From positions 1-64,000 of the forward strand of contig LXFE01000243.1 of assembly GCA_001929475.1 (NCBI GenBank): a DNA stretch of 64,000 nt. Reading direction: 5' to 3'. Shown piece by piece: positions 39,507 to 50,684 of the stretch. The notes under the pieces are model-generated. The model did no database searches and had not been told where the DNA came from. It saw nothing but the letters and a program-made list of their open reading frames with translations. Both the position numbers and the translations under genes were made by a program. Origin of the DNA: Neolecta irregularis DAH-3 (taxonomy: Eukaryota). Each line of letters starts with the position of its first letter. Positions within the stretch are counted from its first letter, which is position 1.

Positions 39507-40119
39507 CTCCACCAACGACAACATCAAACAAACTACACCCTTTTCTCCTGCCCTTCTCCTGCAGATTCTCCCCGCCCTGTCAAAACTTTCCTCCTCGCTC
39601 TTCTCGCCCAACACGCGCCGCCGCCCAATGTTTTTCGACGCCTATCTGCTCGCGCTATACCGCCCGCTGCAGCACCCTGCCCCCGCGGCCCCTCGCCGCC
39701 TCCACCTCCCCCGCCAGGCGTTCGCCGCCACAGAGAAGCTCGCCGCCCTCGACGCCTTCGTCTTCGCATGATGCAGCCGACGATCACCCTCGCAGACTGA
39801 GTCCATCATCTCGTTGACAGTCACCCCCGCAGACTGAATCCACCCACAGCAACCGAATCACTCGCTGACGGTCAGAGTCCACCATCTCGTGACGGTCACC
39901 CTGGCAGCAAGAGTCCAGCCAGATGCAGCTGACAGTCGCCCTCGACGCGCAGCTGCACGAGATTGCTGGCTGCGTTGTGCTGGATCTGCGCCAGCCGCAG
40001 GACGTCGCCGCTGTCACTGTCGTGGCCAGGCTGGAAGGCGTCGTGCGCACCAGCTTCCAGGCGCCGAGTGCGCAGCGCCCCGGCCCACGCTGCCGCCGCC
40101 GTCTGCGTCTCCCCCTTCC

Positions 40120-40410
40120 GCGTCCTCCTGCAGCCGCTCGGAAGGTTTCCCGTCGCCGCCGCCCTGGCCGCCATCGACCCCTCGCACCTCTTTCTCGCCT
40201 CCCACTTTGGCGACTCCCACCTCCTCGAGATATCCGCGGCCGCTGCCCGCTCCCTCCACGCCCTGACAAACATCGCCCCCGTCTCAGACTTTTGCGTCCA
40301 CGACTCGGCTCCTCAAAGGCCGTCGTCACCTGCTCCGGCGGCTACAGCGATGGCTCCATCTGCGTTGTCAGAAACGGCATCGCCATCGAAGAACTCGGTT
40401 CCGTCGTCCA
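40120..40410 (+). pseudogene. DDB1: Captured internal DDB1 fragment
   Basis: LGRFPVAAALAAIDPSHLFLASHFGDSHLL...LTNIAPVSDFCVHD / (frameshift near 40305) / VVTCSGGYSDGSICVVRNGIAIEELGS matches DDB1 ([41 protein letters not shown]). Confidence 0.85.
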
Positions 40411-40489
40411 CATCCGCTGACTGCAGGGAGCGCAACGCCTCTGCCCGCCTCCAGCGCCAGCGCGCAGGGACCGCCACGCCGAACAGCAC

Positions 40490-40823
40490 ACAGCCCGACT
40501 CTCTCGTCCTGCCTGCCTGTCCTGCCCGTCCATCCTGCCTCTCTCGTCCTGCCTGTCCGTCCTGCCTCTCCCATCCCGCCCGTCCGCTCTCAGGTCCCGC
40601 CTGCCTCCCCCATCATGCCTGTCCGCTCTCCCGTCCTGCCCGCCTATCTCGCTCTCCGACCCGCCTGTGCCTCCTCTCCCATTCCTCCCGCCCGCCTGCC
40701 TCGCGAGCGTTGCCCACCCATCTCTCTTGCCTCGCCCATCTTTCCTGCCTGGCTCATCCATCTCCCTTCTCACGCACCAGTTTCCTGCCTGGCTCATCCA
40801 TCTCCCTTCTCACGCACCAGTTT
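40490..40823. repeat. CCTG(C/T)-rich low-complexity tract with a perfect 40-bp tandem duplication
   Basis: tttcctgcctggctcatccatctcccttctcacgcaccag at 40741-40780 and 40781-40820. Confidence 0.85.
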
Positions 40824-41730
40824 GGCTAGTTTGGCCTGGCCACCTATTTTATCAACATTCACTCATTCTCCATCCTTTTCTCGACTTTAACCCTTGGGAT
40901 GGATTCTGAGCGACATGTGGCAGCCCTCCATCTCGTGGTAGGAAGTTGCTGCTGACCCTCCTCATGCTGTTCCCCCCACATACCTTGCTACCCCTGCTAT
41001 AAGCACGTCCTTGCTGCCACCAGCTGCTACACCTCACATTCCCCCACAAACAGTACTGCCGCCCGCTTCATGAGACAACCCATCTTGGGGATGGCCAAAG
41101 CTCACAGGATTTTCAGAGGGTTGGGCTGGCCCATTGGTCCAGGCGACGCTATTCAGACTGCTTATTCCAAAGTGTTAGCGATTGAAATACAATCTAGACT
41201 TTGTAATAGTGGATTGTAGAGTACCAATTGTTCCAGATGGGTATTCTGGGTATGGGTCTAGGGCGATTTTTCCTCTTTGGTTTCGTCGTGTAAATAGAAA
41301 AAACAGGTCCACACACAGGTCCACACCTGTTTTTTCTATTTTGAAGAATTTGGGAGGATCCTGACCAAACACGCGCTTAAAATACGAATTTTTGGAAAGT
41401 ATATTTTATAAAATGTGGGGCACACCAAACGTGCGCCTGAAATTCCTGAAAGCCACATTTTATGAAATTTAGGCACCAAACGCAATCTAAAATAAAGTGA
41501 AAGTTACCGTTTTTGATCACACGAAAGAGGAGAATAACGAGATCGACGGGTAGAATCCAACGGTACCTTAATCTTTGAACAGAACTTTGATCAACTGTTG
41601 AAATTGTCTAGCCTTGTGAAACCATCTACCTGTTACTTTTCTGTCTTAGAAAGTGTTCCAGTCAAATTTCTAGACACTGCCATATATTGTTTTAATGTCT
41701 TCCTGACACTGCCGTTGCACAACACAAGTG

Positions 41731-42670
41731 ATGGAAAACATTCACCAAGTGGCGAAAGAAGCTTGGGATAGGAACGATGCATGCGCAGGAGATTTCTATG
41801 ATCGTGTGCGACCTCCGTATCATGCTGAGGCTATTGAACTTGCTGTTGAAAAAATTGAGTTGAAGCCCGGTGATCGTGTTATTGAACTAGGTATGTATTT
41901 TCTTTGATCCAATGAAGCTAATCATAGGGTCCGGGACGGGGAAGTTTACTTGTATGATAAACGAGATCGAGCGTTATGAATGGGTAGTTATCGAACCCGG
42001 AGCAGTATGATACCTCCCATATCTAACTGAGGCAACAGAGTATGCGGAAAGTATTCGGAAAAAATATCCCTCACGTCAAATGCCTACCGGGGTCCGGATA
42101 TTCGATCCCAATACCCGACAAATGGGCTGATAAAATAATTGTCGCTCAAGTATTCCGCTCCTCAGAAACGCTACTGAATTAAAGGCTTTTCATTGGTTTG
42201 CTGATCACGACGCCCTCCGCGAAATAAATCGTGTTCTAAAGGATAATGGTAGACTATGCTTGCTGTGGATGGTACCAGATACTGCGGCATATCAGCCTCC
42301 TTGGCAACAGTCGGTGTTCGATTTGTATAGGTCATACCAAGGCTCAACTCCTGGATACGATGATCTTCTTTGGACCCGCGCTTTTCGAGACCAGAAACTT
42401 TTTGGCGAGTTGCAGCAATACATATTTCGTTATAGTCGGACTTGTCGAGATGAGGACATCTGGCTTGGCATTGCATCAATCTCATATATTTCATATTTGG
42501 ATGAGGATGTGAAAAAGGATGTGAAAGAAAGAATAACAGCCATTGTCGCAGCGGGGAATGGGATGAAGAGGGATGAGCTAGGTCGGGTTTGGAATCTGTG
42601 GAGGACAGATATATATATTTCCGATAAGCTAACGTAGTATTGGAAACTACGGAAGAGATATCAACGTAAT
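41731..42670 (+). CDS. Class I SAM-dependent methyltransferase (3' end approximate)
   Basis: YDRVRPPY, VIELG|SGTGKFT, IIVAQ|AFHWF, EINRVLKDNGRLCLLW. Confidence 0.88.
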
Positions 42671-42865
42671 TTGAGCTTCTTGCCATATGTACGGGTTTAC
42701 CGAATTTCCAGGATATTCCAATTTATCTACCTCATGAAGCTGGAATAATGAAACACTGCACCATCATTATCTTTGCGTAAAAATGGAATGTGAAAAAAAC
42801 TTATGAAGAGTTCACGAGTCAAGAAATCGAATCAGAGTTGACGCCTTCATCCTCCCTAACGCCTT

Positions 42866-43800
42866 CTATTTGTGACTAATACCCTCGGTTACCTGCAACT
42901 TTTTAACTTGGTCGTGAAGCTCAGCTACTTTATTCGCATATCCCATAAATACAGCATTGACGTCTTGCAGAGTCTTCAAGAGAACTGTAGAATGAGTGAA
43001 TGTCTAGACTCCTGGACTTACGTTGTGACGCGGTCCCAGTTCCGCCATTCCGTTCCAAAGCATCCAGATGTTTCTCAATTTCTCCAAGACTTTCCGCATA
43101 TATATGCATATTACTCATAAAACCATCCGCTGCGGTGTGAAAGTACTGAATAATAGGATCAGATGATGAGCGAGGGAGCACTGTCCCCGGGATCTTGATA
43201 GCATCAACGACGCGAGTACTGAGACGAATGGCTTCGATGTCCATATCAACGGTTTCCCTAATTCGATTTATCGAAGACATATCAGTGTTGATTGCGGCTG
43301 TTATTGCAGAGAGTTTCTGTTTTGTTTGTAAGAGTTTCATTCTTAGCAATCGAATACATACCCTTTCTACCTCCTCAATATCATGCAACACACTCGATAC
43401 AATCTCGTCAATTGCTGGTGCGCGAGCGATAAGCTCCTCGCATGTCTGGATTTGCGACAGGACATATTTGCTTACAATCAGCGAAAATTTCCCAAGTCAA
43501 AGAACTTCAGTTCCTCGAATTGATTCTGCACATCTAGTGAAAGATCTGAGACTCTGGTAGTACGTGAAATTATTTGCTGTGATACTTGAGATGTTCCACT
43601 AAAAGTATAAGTATATAACTTTGAAATCTTGACAATTGCTGCGGCTGATGTTGAGGTTGAGGCTGATTAAGTGAGGTCCCGAAGGAAAATCCACCGGTTG
43701 GTTGTGGCTGTTGCTGGGCATTAAAATTGGTATTTGTAGAAGGATCGAATGAAAATGCCGGTTTATTCTGCGATTGTTGACCGAATGTCGACTTGAACAT
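42866..43800 (-). CDS. NUP49: FG nucleoporin, Nup49/Nup58-like
   Basis: N-terminal FG/FSF repeats followed by coiled coil (IIQYFHTAADGF..LGEIEKHL..VFMGYANKVAELH). Confidence 0.65.
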
Positions 43801-44093
43801 TTTTTGGGGTCAAGGTTGGAGCTAACGATCCGACTTCTTGTTGTCTTTTACACTTCGATCTGCAACATTTAGTTATTTTATGCACTTTGTAATCCGGCAA
43901 CCACCTTTCAACCAATACTGATAAAAATCCTGCTCTCTCTGATGAGCCCTATCCATATCAACAATGCCTTATATCCGAGTTATATTCAATTGTCTTTCAG
44001 GAACATTATTGGCGAGTTTGGAGATTCATTACCCTTGTTAAAATGGAAATAGACCTATTTCAAACTCTCTATAAACGCGAACATAATTGCCCA

Positions 44094-44266
44094 TATAAGG
44101 ACATTAGTCCGTACAAGACACACGTGAGAGGATGTATATAAACTAGGGCATACCTAACCAAGTTCACTTATTCTGGTTAGGTACGCTCATGTATATTATT
44201 AAAGTTCACTTTGGTTAGTTAGAAAATAGAACCGAGTCTTATTCGTATTCCGGAGGAGCACTTACA
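44094..44266. mobile_element. Solo LTR (173 bp)
   Basis: TATAAG...CTTACA termini with a 5-bp TSD GCCCA (44089-93, 44267-71); layout resembles the LTR at 60736. Confidence 0.7.
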
Positions 44267-44712
44267 GCCCACCTAAGGAACAGATCAATGTTGCACACCA
44301 GATATCTCTACGGAAATTCCTTTAATTGCCCCGTTCAACAATCACTTTGACGTCATGTGAGTCTAATTTATTTCCTGCTTGGAAAAATCAGCAGTGGTAG
44401 ACTAACCTTTCGTAACTGAAAGATGAATTTCTATTTTTCCCTCAGATATAGTTTAGGAAACGGCCCTTCCTGAAAGTTAATGTCTGTGCCTTCTCTTAAC
44501 ATATTACAATTAGAAAGAGAGAATTCTCCAAGTCGTTAGTCTCTGAAATGACCATGGTATTTATGAATCTGAGGCAAGTACAAATCAATTTACAGTTGAC
44601 GTTTCTCTCTCTGTGTGATAGGATAAATGATGACCACAGCTTGGAACAAATAGGAACCAACCCCAGACCGTACTACAGAAATCACCGTGCTGCCAACCAC
44701 CCAAGAAGCTAT

Positions 44713-46546
44713 TTAGCTGTATAAAATTTTAACCTCAGCACAGATAACCCCAAATCCAGCAACGCTCATTGCAAAAAGCGGGAATATGTTCCATTTTGCA
44801 AACTCAAAATTTGTAACCTGCACATTTTTCATTCGTAAAAGCGATCGATAAAGAAGACCTAGAGAAATTAGATGATTCTTCATCAAGAAAAACCCACCAG
44901 CTAAAGAAGCGCTCCAAGTAACTGAAACAGCCCCAATATTCGAAGCGACAGCAATTGCTAAACCGGCGCCTTTAACAACAGCATCCGAACCACCTGATTT
45001 AGAGATAAAAATGGGATGTTTAATGACTTGGATCATCAAGACTGTTGTGCCAATGTTTGTTCCGCAGAAGTTGCAAAGAATATTGGTGAAGATTCCAATA
45101 ACCCAGATACTTGCCATCGGAGATTGTCCAACGAGATGAGATAGCCAAAGAGCGAAAATTGAGATCCAACCTGTGTGCGAGAGTGCCTGAACGAGAACAA
45201 ACTGACTTAGTGTAAACGGGAGAAGAGCTAATGGAAGGCGGGGCAGCGCAGTCATCACCGTAGGTAAACGATGTCTTAATATTTCGTGTAATCGGAATAA
45301 TATCCTTAGATATCTGTGCCCGATGATCTGTTCTTGGTTTGCTGGCGTAGGGTCTCTCGTGGAACTTGATACGCAAGAGAACTGGCCTACCTTGAAAACA
45401 CAAGTACCAGTTCTTCCTTCACATGGCAGCATGATAGAGCCTTCTTCAAGAGCTTTTTTCATCTCTTTCTCGTTTGTTGTTTGATGACTTTCTTGAATGG
45501 TTCCAGCGCTGGTATGCTGGAGGTCTCGGATCAAATCAAAAACTAATTTGGCTAGAGCAAATGGAAGCGCAATTTCCCAAACATCGACGGCTAATAATAA
45601 TCAGTATTCAGTTCGGAAGAGGGAATACCAGCAAAGCTAGTGCCGAGAATTGTCGCGAGGCATAAAGCCATTGTGATACTACCGACCCAAGCACCGAAAG
45701 GATCGAGCAAGACGCTTCCAGGGTCAAGATTGGGAGCGAGGATGCGTTGAGGGATTTGTTTTACTTTGCGAAACTGGGTATATAGCGCTACGTAGCCGAA
45801 TACAGAACATGCAAGGAATGGAAAGATGATATACGCCGTGTAGACAACGAACCCGATATTGAGGCCTTCGCATAGGACAACATTTGTGATGTTTCCTGTA
45901 TATCAAGATGGAGCTGAACATGGGCACTACCAACAAACAAGACCATAGACGCGGTATTCGCCACCGTAAACCCTGAGCATAGCCAAGGAATAGACGAAAG
46001 CTCGGTGGCACGGGTATAGTACACGAGAAACGCTATGCCATCAGAGAAATCCAAAGTGCTGACATGCGAATTGCAGATAAAACCACAGCATCGTTGCCTA
46101 GCAGGGAGCTCAGAGCAGTCTCCAGCAGATAAAAGTAGAGAAACAGTCTCCGGCCAGACCTGCCGCCCTTATTGCTGACATAAAAAGCGGCAGCCTGTAA
46201 CACACCAGTCATATCGAGGGTGATTGCCAGGTATGCCAGGGAGAAGAACAACAAGAGCACGTTGTAAGGTTTAATCGAATCAATATTGGTGAGTGCAGCG
46301 CCGACTAGAGCAGGCGAAATGCAACGTGAACAGAGCAGCACCAGCACAGCAAACAGCGGCGCGGTCGCAGTATTGAGATGTATTTTTGCCCGTTTGCACA
46401 GTGGCAAAGGAATTGCAATTGGTCGAATAACCAACACTGTCGACTAGGTGTGAATAGAGCAAGGGCAACCGGCAGAATACAAACAGGAAGACAATTATTG
46501 TGAAGACTGCCGGGAAGGTGGCTATGTCTGCAGCCATGGGATCCAT
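44713..46546 (-). CDS. ArsB/CitMHS-family (IT superfamily) membrane permease
   Basis: LLFFSLAYLAITLDMTG, LLGNDAVVLSAIPFL (after GC-AG intron 46067-46033), GNITN, GTNIGTT, ASNIGA..SASLAGL; many TM segments. Confidence 0.85.
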
Positions 46547-46673
46547 GATATACACAGTCTCTAAGGGATTTAAATATCGGCAATTGGTGGAAGATGCGAC
46601 TAGTGTGTTCCGTTCATCTGTCAAACACCAAATAAAAACTAGAGGTTGGCGCGGTGTATCGACTCAATAAATG

Positions 46674-47764
46674 CTAATCTGCCAAGTTGATCCAGTAATC
46701 CGCTCCCACTTGATGTGCCGTGCTCTGGTTCAACTCATACTGATCATTCCTCCGCCAATCATTCTCAATGAGATGGTCACCTTGCTCAACTTTATTCAAT
46801 TGGCTGTTGATTACAGAATTTCGCTTTGCCGTCAGTGGTCGCTGATTAATCACGTGAGGCAGTAATCCGTACGCCCGGAATAATTCCGATTCCAGAGGGT
46901 CCTTAATAGCCTGTACATCTACAGCTTCCCCTATCCGCGGCGCAGTAATATCTAATAATACCGGCAGTAACTCGCGTTTCACTCCGTAGGCATGTGTACA
47001 CACGGCCGATCGAACCTTATACACTGGCTTCATAGAATCGATATGACCGTTTGGTATATCGAACTGAATAAAACAATACCCTGGTAACAACATCTGCCAA
47101 TCATCCGGAACTTGATTCCATGCAATTTTCATTCTCTGCACGAGATCAATTCGTGAGTCTACGTCATCTTCTAGAATGAGTATTGTTGAGTAGTTTCTGT
47201 TAATTGCATCTTGCCACACTGATCTGTGGGACGCCCAACAAGCTATCAGGCCGGGTGTATCCTGGGTAACCAATGAAGGCAGAACCCCCTTCATATAGTC
47301 GATGGTGTCTGTCACGATCTGGCTGTCTCTGAGTTGTGCTTGAAAAAGTTCGTATTCAAGATGATGATAATCCAGTATTTTCTTTGAGTATTCCTTGCGT
47401 TCTTGCGATGCAACGATAACATAGATGTGATCGAATCCAAGCCTCTCCTTACCATGAATAATCTCTCGCTGAAGGATAATGTTGCTGGCGTTCACTCCAG
47501 TTTCGACCTTGACTTGTTCCGGCTCCTTCCTTAATCTTGAATTTGCTTGTTTATGGCTCATTATGATCACTGGAGCCAATATGCTAGCGAGTCAGTCGAT
47601 TAAAAATAGATAAATACAAGCCATGACAGAATAAAAGAGATAATAAAAATACTCAATATTGCCAATTTTCGATGGCTTCGCTTGTGCGTTTTACTCTCTG
47701 GGGTGTCATAGAGTATATCAACAGGCGGGTTCAAACTATCCGACGACGTTCGAACGGGTTTCAT
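46674..47764 (-). CDS. Glycosyltransferase family 25, type II membrane protein
   Basis: N-terminal TM exon; LGFDHIYVI, ACWASHRSVW, ILILEDDVD, CTHAYGV. Confidence 0.85.
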
Positions 47765-48100
47765 TCTTCGGTTATAAGATAAAACGAAGAGGAGTGACTT
47801 TTTGATTCCTCGGGTGGCTTTTATGTATGAAACATTTCGGTAATGAGCTATGCAGATAAAACTATATAATAAATCCGTCGTTGGATAAATTGCGAAATAA
47901 TTAGAATATTCGAGTCGGTTCAAAAAGATCGCCCAACTCAAGCAATAAAGACTCCAGGTGGTCACCTAATTTAGTGACTCTTGTACTGATGATGGTAGTC
48001 ACCATTGATCCATTTCAACTTCAAGAATCTGCAAACGATAACTCTGATAGGTTACAAGGTGATTTGCCAGATCTACCCTAAACCCTCTTTCAAGGCAAAA

Positions 48101-48640
48101 ATGAGAATTTATCTCAAAGTATCAAAACCCCAAAACGACTATTAATACTGGATTCGGTTGGCAGACAATGTGTGCACAAGGATTAGAAAGGGGCTACGAA
48201 ATCAATGTCGTAGTTAAATCATCCAAAATGATTCCTCGCGATATGCGTCATTGTGTGACCATTTTCGAAGGAGATGTACTATCGATCGATATTATAAACC
48301 TGACTTTAAGAAACGTCGAAGTGGTAGTCAGTATGTTGGCATTTCGTATTATCGGTGGTGGAAAAGACTAACCGGTGGCTACATTCTACGAGAAACTGGT
48401 ACTAGCTATGAAGCAGCAGGATGTTCAACGTATTGTTGTAATCTCGGGAGCAGGCCGAAATGACCAAGAGGATGTTGGGACAGGGAAGTTCCAATGGCTT
48501 ACCAAGCTACTGGCAAGCCTTCTCCTCAGCACATTACGAATCACATTAGTAGAGCTAATGAGATCATTACAACTAGTGGCATTCAGTTTACACTACTTAA
48601 ATTGTGTATTCCGCATGGAAGTGCAACGCTCCATATAGGC
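48101..48640 (+). pseudogene. NAD(P)-binding (BLVRB/NmrA-like) pseudogene
   Basis: LERGYEINVVV..FEGDVL..AMKQQDVQRIVVISGAG; in-frame TAA at 48369-71 and a later frameshift (ANEIITTSGIQFT lies in another frame). Confidence 0.65.
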
Positions 48641-48989
48641 TCGAATATAGAACGAATTCTCAAGGATTCTTACGAGTTTCAAGGTGCAATATCATACATT
48701 TTGTATTCAGAGAACTTTCTACGAATGAGTGGATATATGCCTATAAGTCACGATATATAACATCCTAAAGTCTAGGTATAGCATATGCAATATATGTGCA
48801 GTTAGAAATTCAATCAAGTGCCTGATCCCATTCACCACTTTTCATAAATCATCACATGTTCCTCGAAATTACTCTATATGTTTATCAACACAGTCAGTGT
48901 CTCAGGATATAAGGGCATTAATGTATACAAGGAAGGAATGCCAAACATATCTTATGTTCTTGGAATATAAGCTAGAAATATATCTTATA

Positions 48990-49302
48990 GGGTGCGTTTG
49001 GTGCGCGCCAAATTTCTTGAAATTTGGCAATTCTTCAAATTACAATTTTAAGCGCGCGTTTGGTGCCCCACTTTCTTGGAATAATTTTTCCGTCTTCCAA
49101 AATTCTTCAAAAAAGAAAAGGCCGGTTGCGCGACAAACAGTAAAAAATTGAAAACAGATTTGGTGTGCGCCAAACGTGTTGGGTGGGTTATAAAAATAAT
49201 TTCATAAATTGTACTTTTATGTGTTACACCAAACGCGCTCTTAAAATTGGAATTTGAAGAATGGCCAAATTTCAAGAAATATGGCGCGCACCAAACGCAC
49301 CC
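48990..49302. mobile_element. PIF/Harbinger (Tourist-like) MITE, 313 bp
   Basis: ~75-bp TIRs starting GGGTGCGTTTGGTGCGCGCCA; flanks ATA/TTA; same TIR family as the 38693-41487 element. Confidence 0.88.
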
Positions 49303-49751
49303 TTAGTTTGTTTTGAGGAATTTACTTTACACTCGATTTTGACTTTGAATACTCTTTCCATTCAGGTAGTAGATATTAGAAATGACTCATGACCATTCAT
49401 ACAATCTTTAAAAAGGCTCTGACATTATAATACAACAGGAACATTCTTTATTTTGTAAGGCTGACATCTTTACACCCTCCACTCAGTGTGTCCATCAATC
49501 GATCTGAATGTCCATCAGATTGATGAGGATTGATTACCGTCAGAGCTTTTGGCTTGTTGAAGTTTAAGCTCTTGTCTGAGGCTAATGAATGGCTACCTGA
49601 GTTCGATGGCAGAGACTAAAAGAGTGATTTTTTATCACGTGACCTTTTTATAGTGGCTGGCGAACGCACCATAACTTCATTCCGGTTCTCGGCGAATATC
49701 GGTCCTTGTTCTCAACCACTCAATTCCAAGTTTAGGTATACCCTACAGATA

Positions 49752-50175
49752 ATGAATACAAGGGGCTCTTTCTTCCTAGGATGGGGTGTGTTGATTCTTG
49801 GTATTAATTCTTGGTTGGGTCCCATTCAATTGCATAGCTGGTGGAGGAGCCTACTACTTTGCGAAGCGAGATATCAATGCCCGAAGAAGACAACAAGACT
49901 CTAGGAGAGTTTCTCCAACTGAATCACTCGAATGTTTGTCCTGCGATTGGAGTATATGTAGCTGATACCCTAGGGTGGCAAGTGACGGCTTTGGACGAAA
50001 AGACTCGGAAAGTATCATTTCTTGATTAACATCACATATTAATCCTTTTCAGGATCCTTCAGGAACTCCTTCGAACGATCTCAGCGAATCTGTGGATCCA
50101 GCTGCTCCAGGTGAAAGGAAAGCAAAACCGAAGACTGCCGCGGGCAGTAGGACGCCCGGGGATAGGCTAAGTTAG
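49752..50175 (+). CDS. Small fungal membrane protein, DUF4748-like
   Basis: MNTRGSFFLGWGVLIL|AGGGAYYFAKRDINARR; multi-exon. Confidence 0.75.
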
Positions 50176-50684
50176 TGAATATTCCGACATTTGAATAAAA
50201 ATATGATGGAACACACTCATAAATCTGGAACAGGAGGTAAATCACACTAACTAAAGTTTTTTAGTAAAATAGGAAAAACTTCAGAAAACATGTCACTGAA
50301 TGGTGTACTCTTTCTCTTAAATTCATCTGGTAAATTCTTTATCCAAGTCCAATCCAAATTATTTCGCATAAATATCACATAACTGCATCATTTGAAGCTT
50401 TGACTACTACTTCCTACCAAACTATCATTTTTGCATACCTGAAAGAAGGAATTCGCACTTTGCAGATAACCATGACAGAAGGTAAGCCTTCACGTGTCCC
50501 AAATTTAGATTTTACAAGCTCAACAACTAATTGGCGCCAATCCATTTATTTGAAAATCCCTCCATCGTCACGGACAGCGTTCTGATTTTTGTAAACCTGC
50601 TTGTAAAGCAATTCGTTGCAATCTCGCTTTTTATCCGGTACGACAGGCATTATTATAAACGTGTCTGTCGATCAATAACTTGCA

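Larger units (their letters stand above)
38693..41487 (+). mobile_element. Non-autonomous PIF/Harbinger 'Pack' element
   Basis: TIRs GGGTGGGTTTGGTGCGCGCCAAATTTCATAAAATGTGGC / rc GATTGCGTTTGGTGCCTAAATTTCATAAAATGTGGC; TAA on both flanks (38690-92, 41488-90); ~60-bp subterminal GTTTGGTG repeats; Myb/SANT ORF; captured gene fragments; no DDE transposase seen. Confidence 0.88.

Noticed and set aside
39784-40909. Many long overlapping ORFs in all frames
   Set aside because: Artefact of high GC and low complexity; only the homology-supported fragments were kept.
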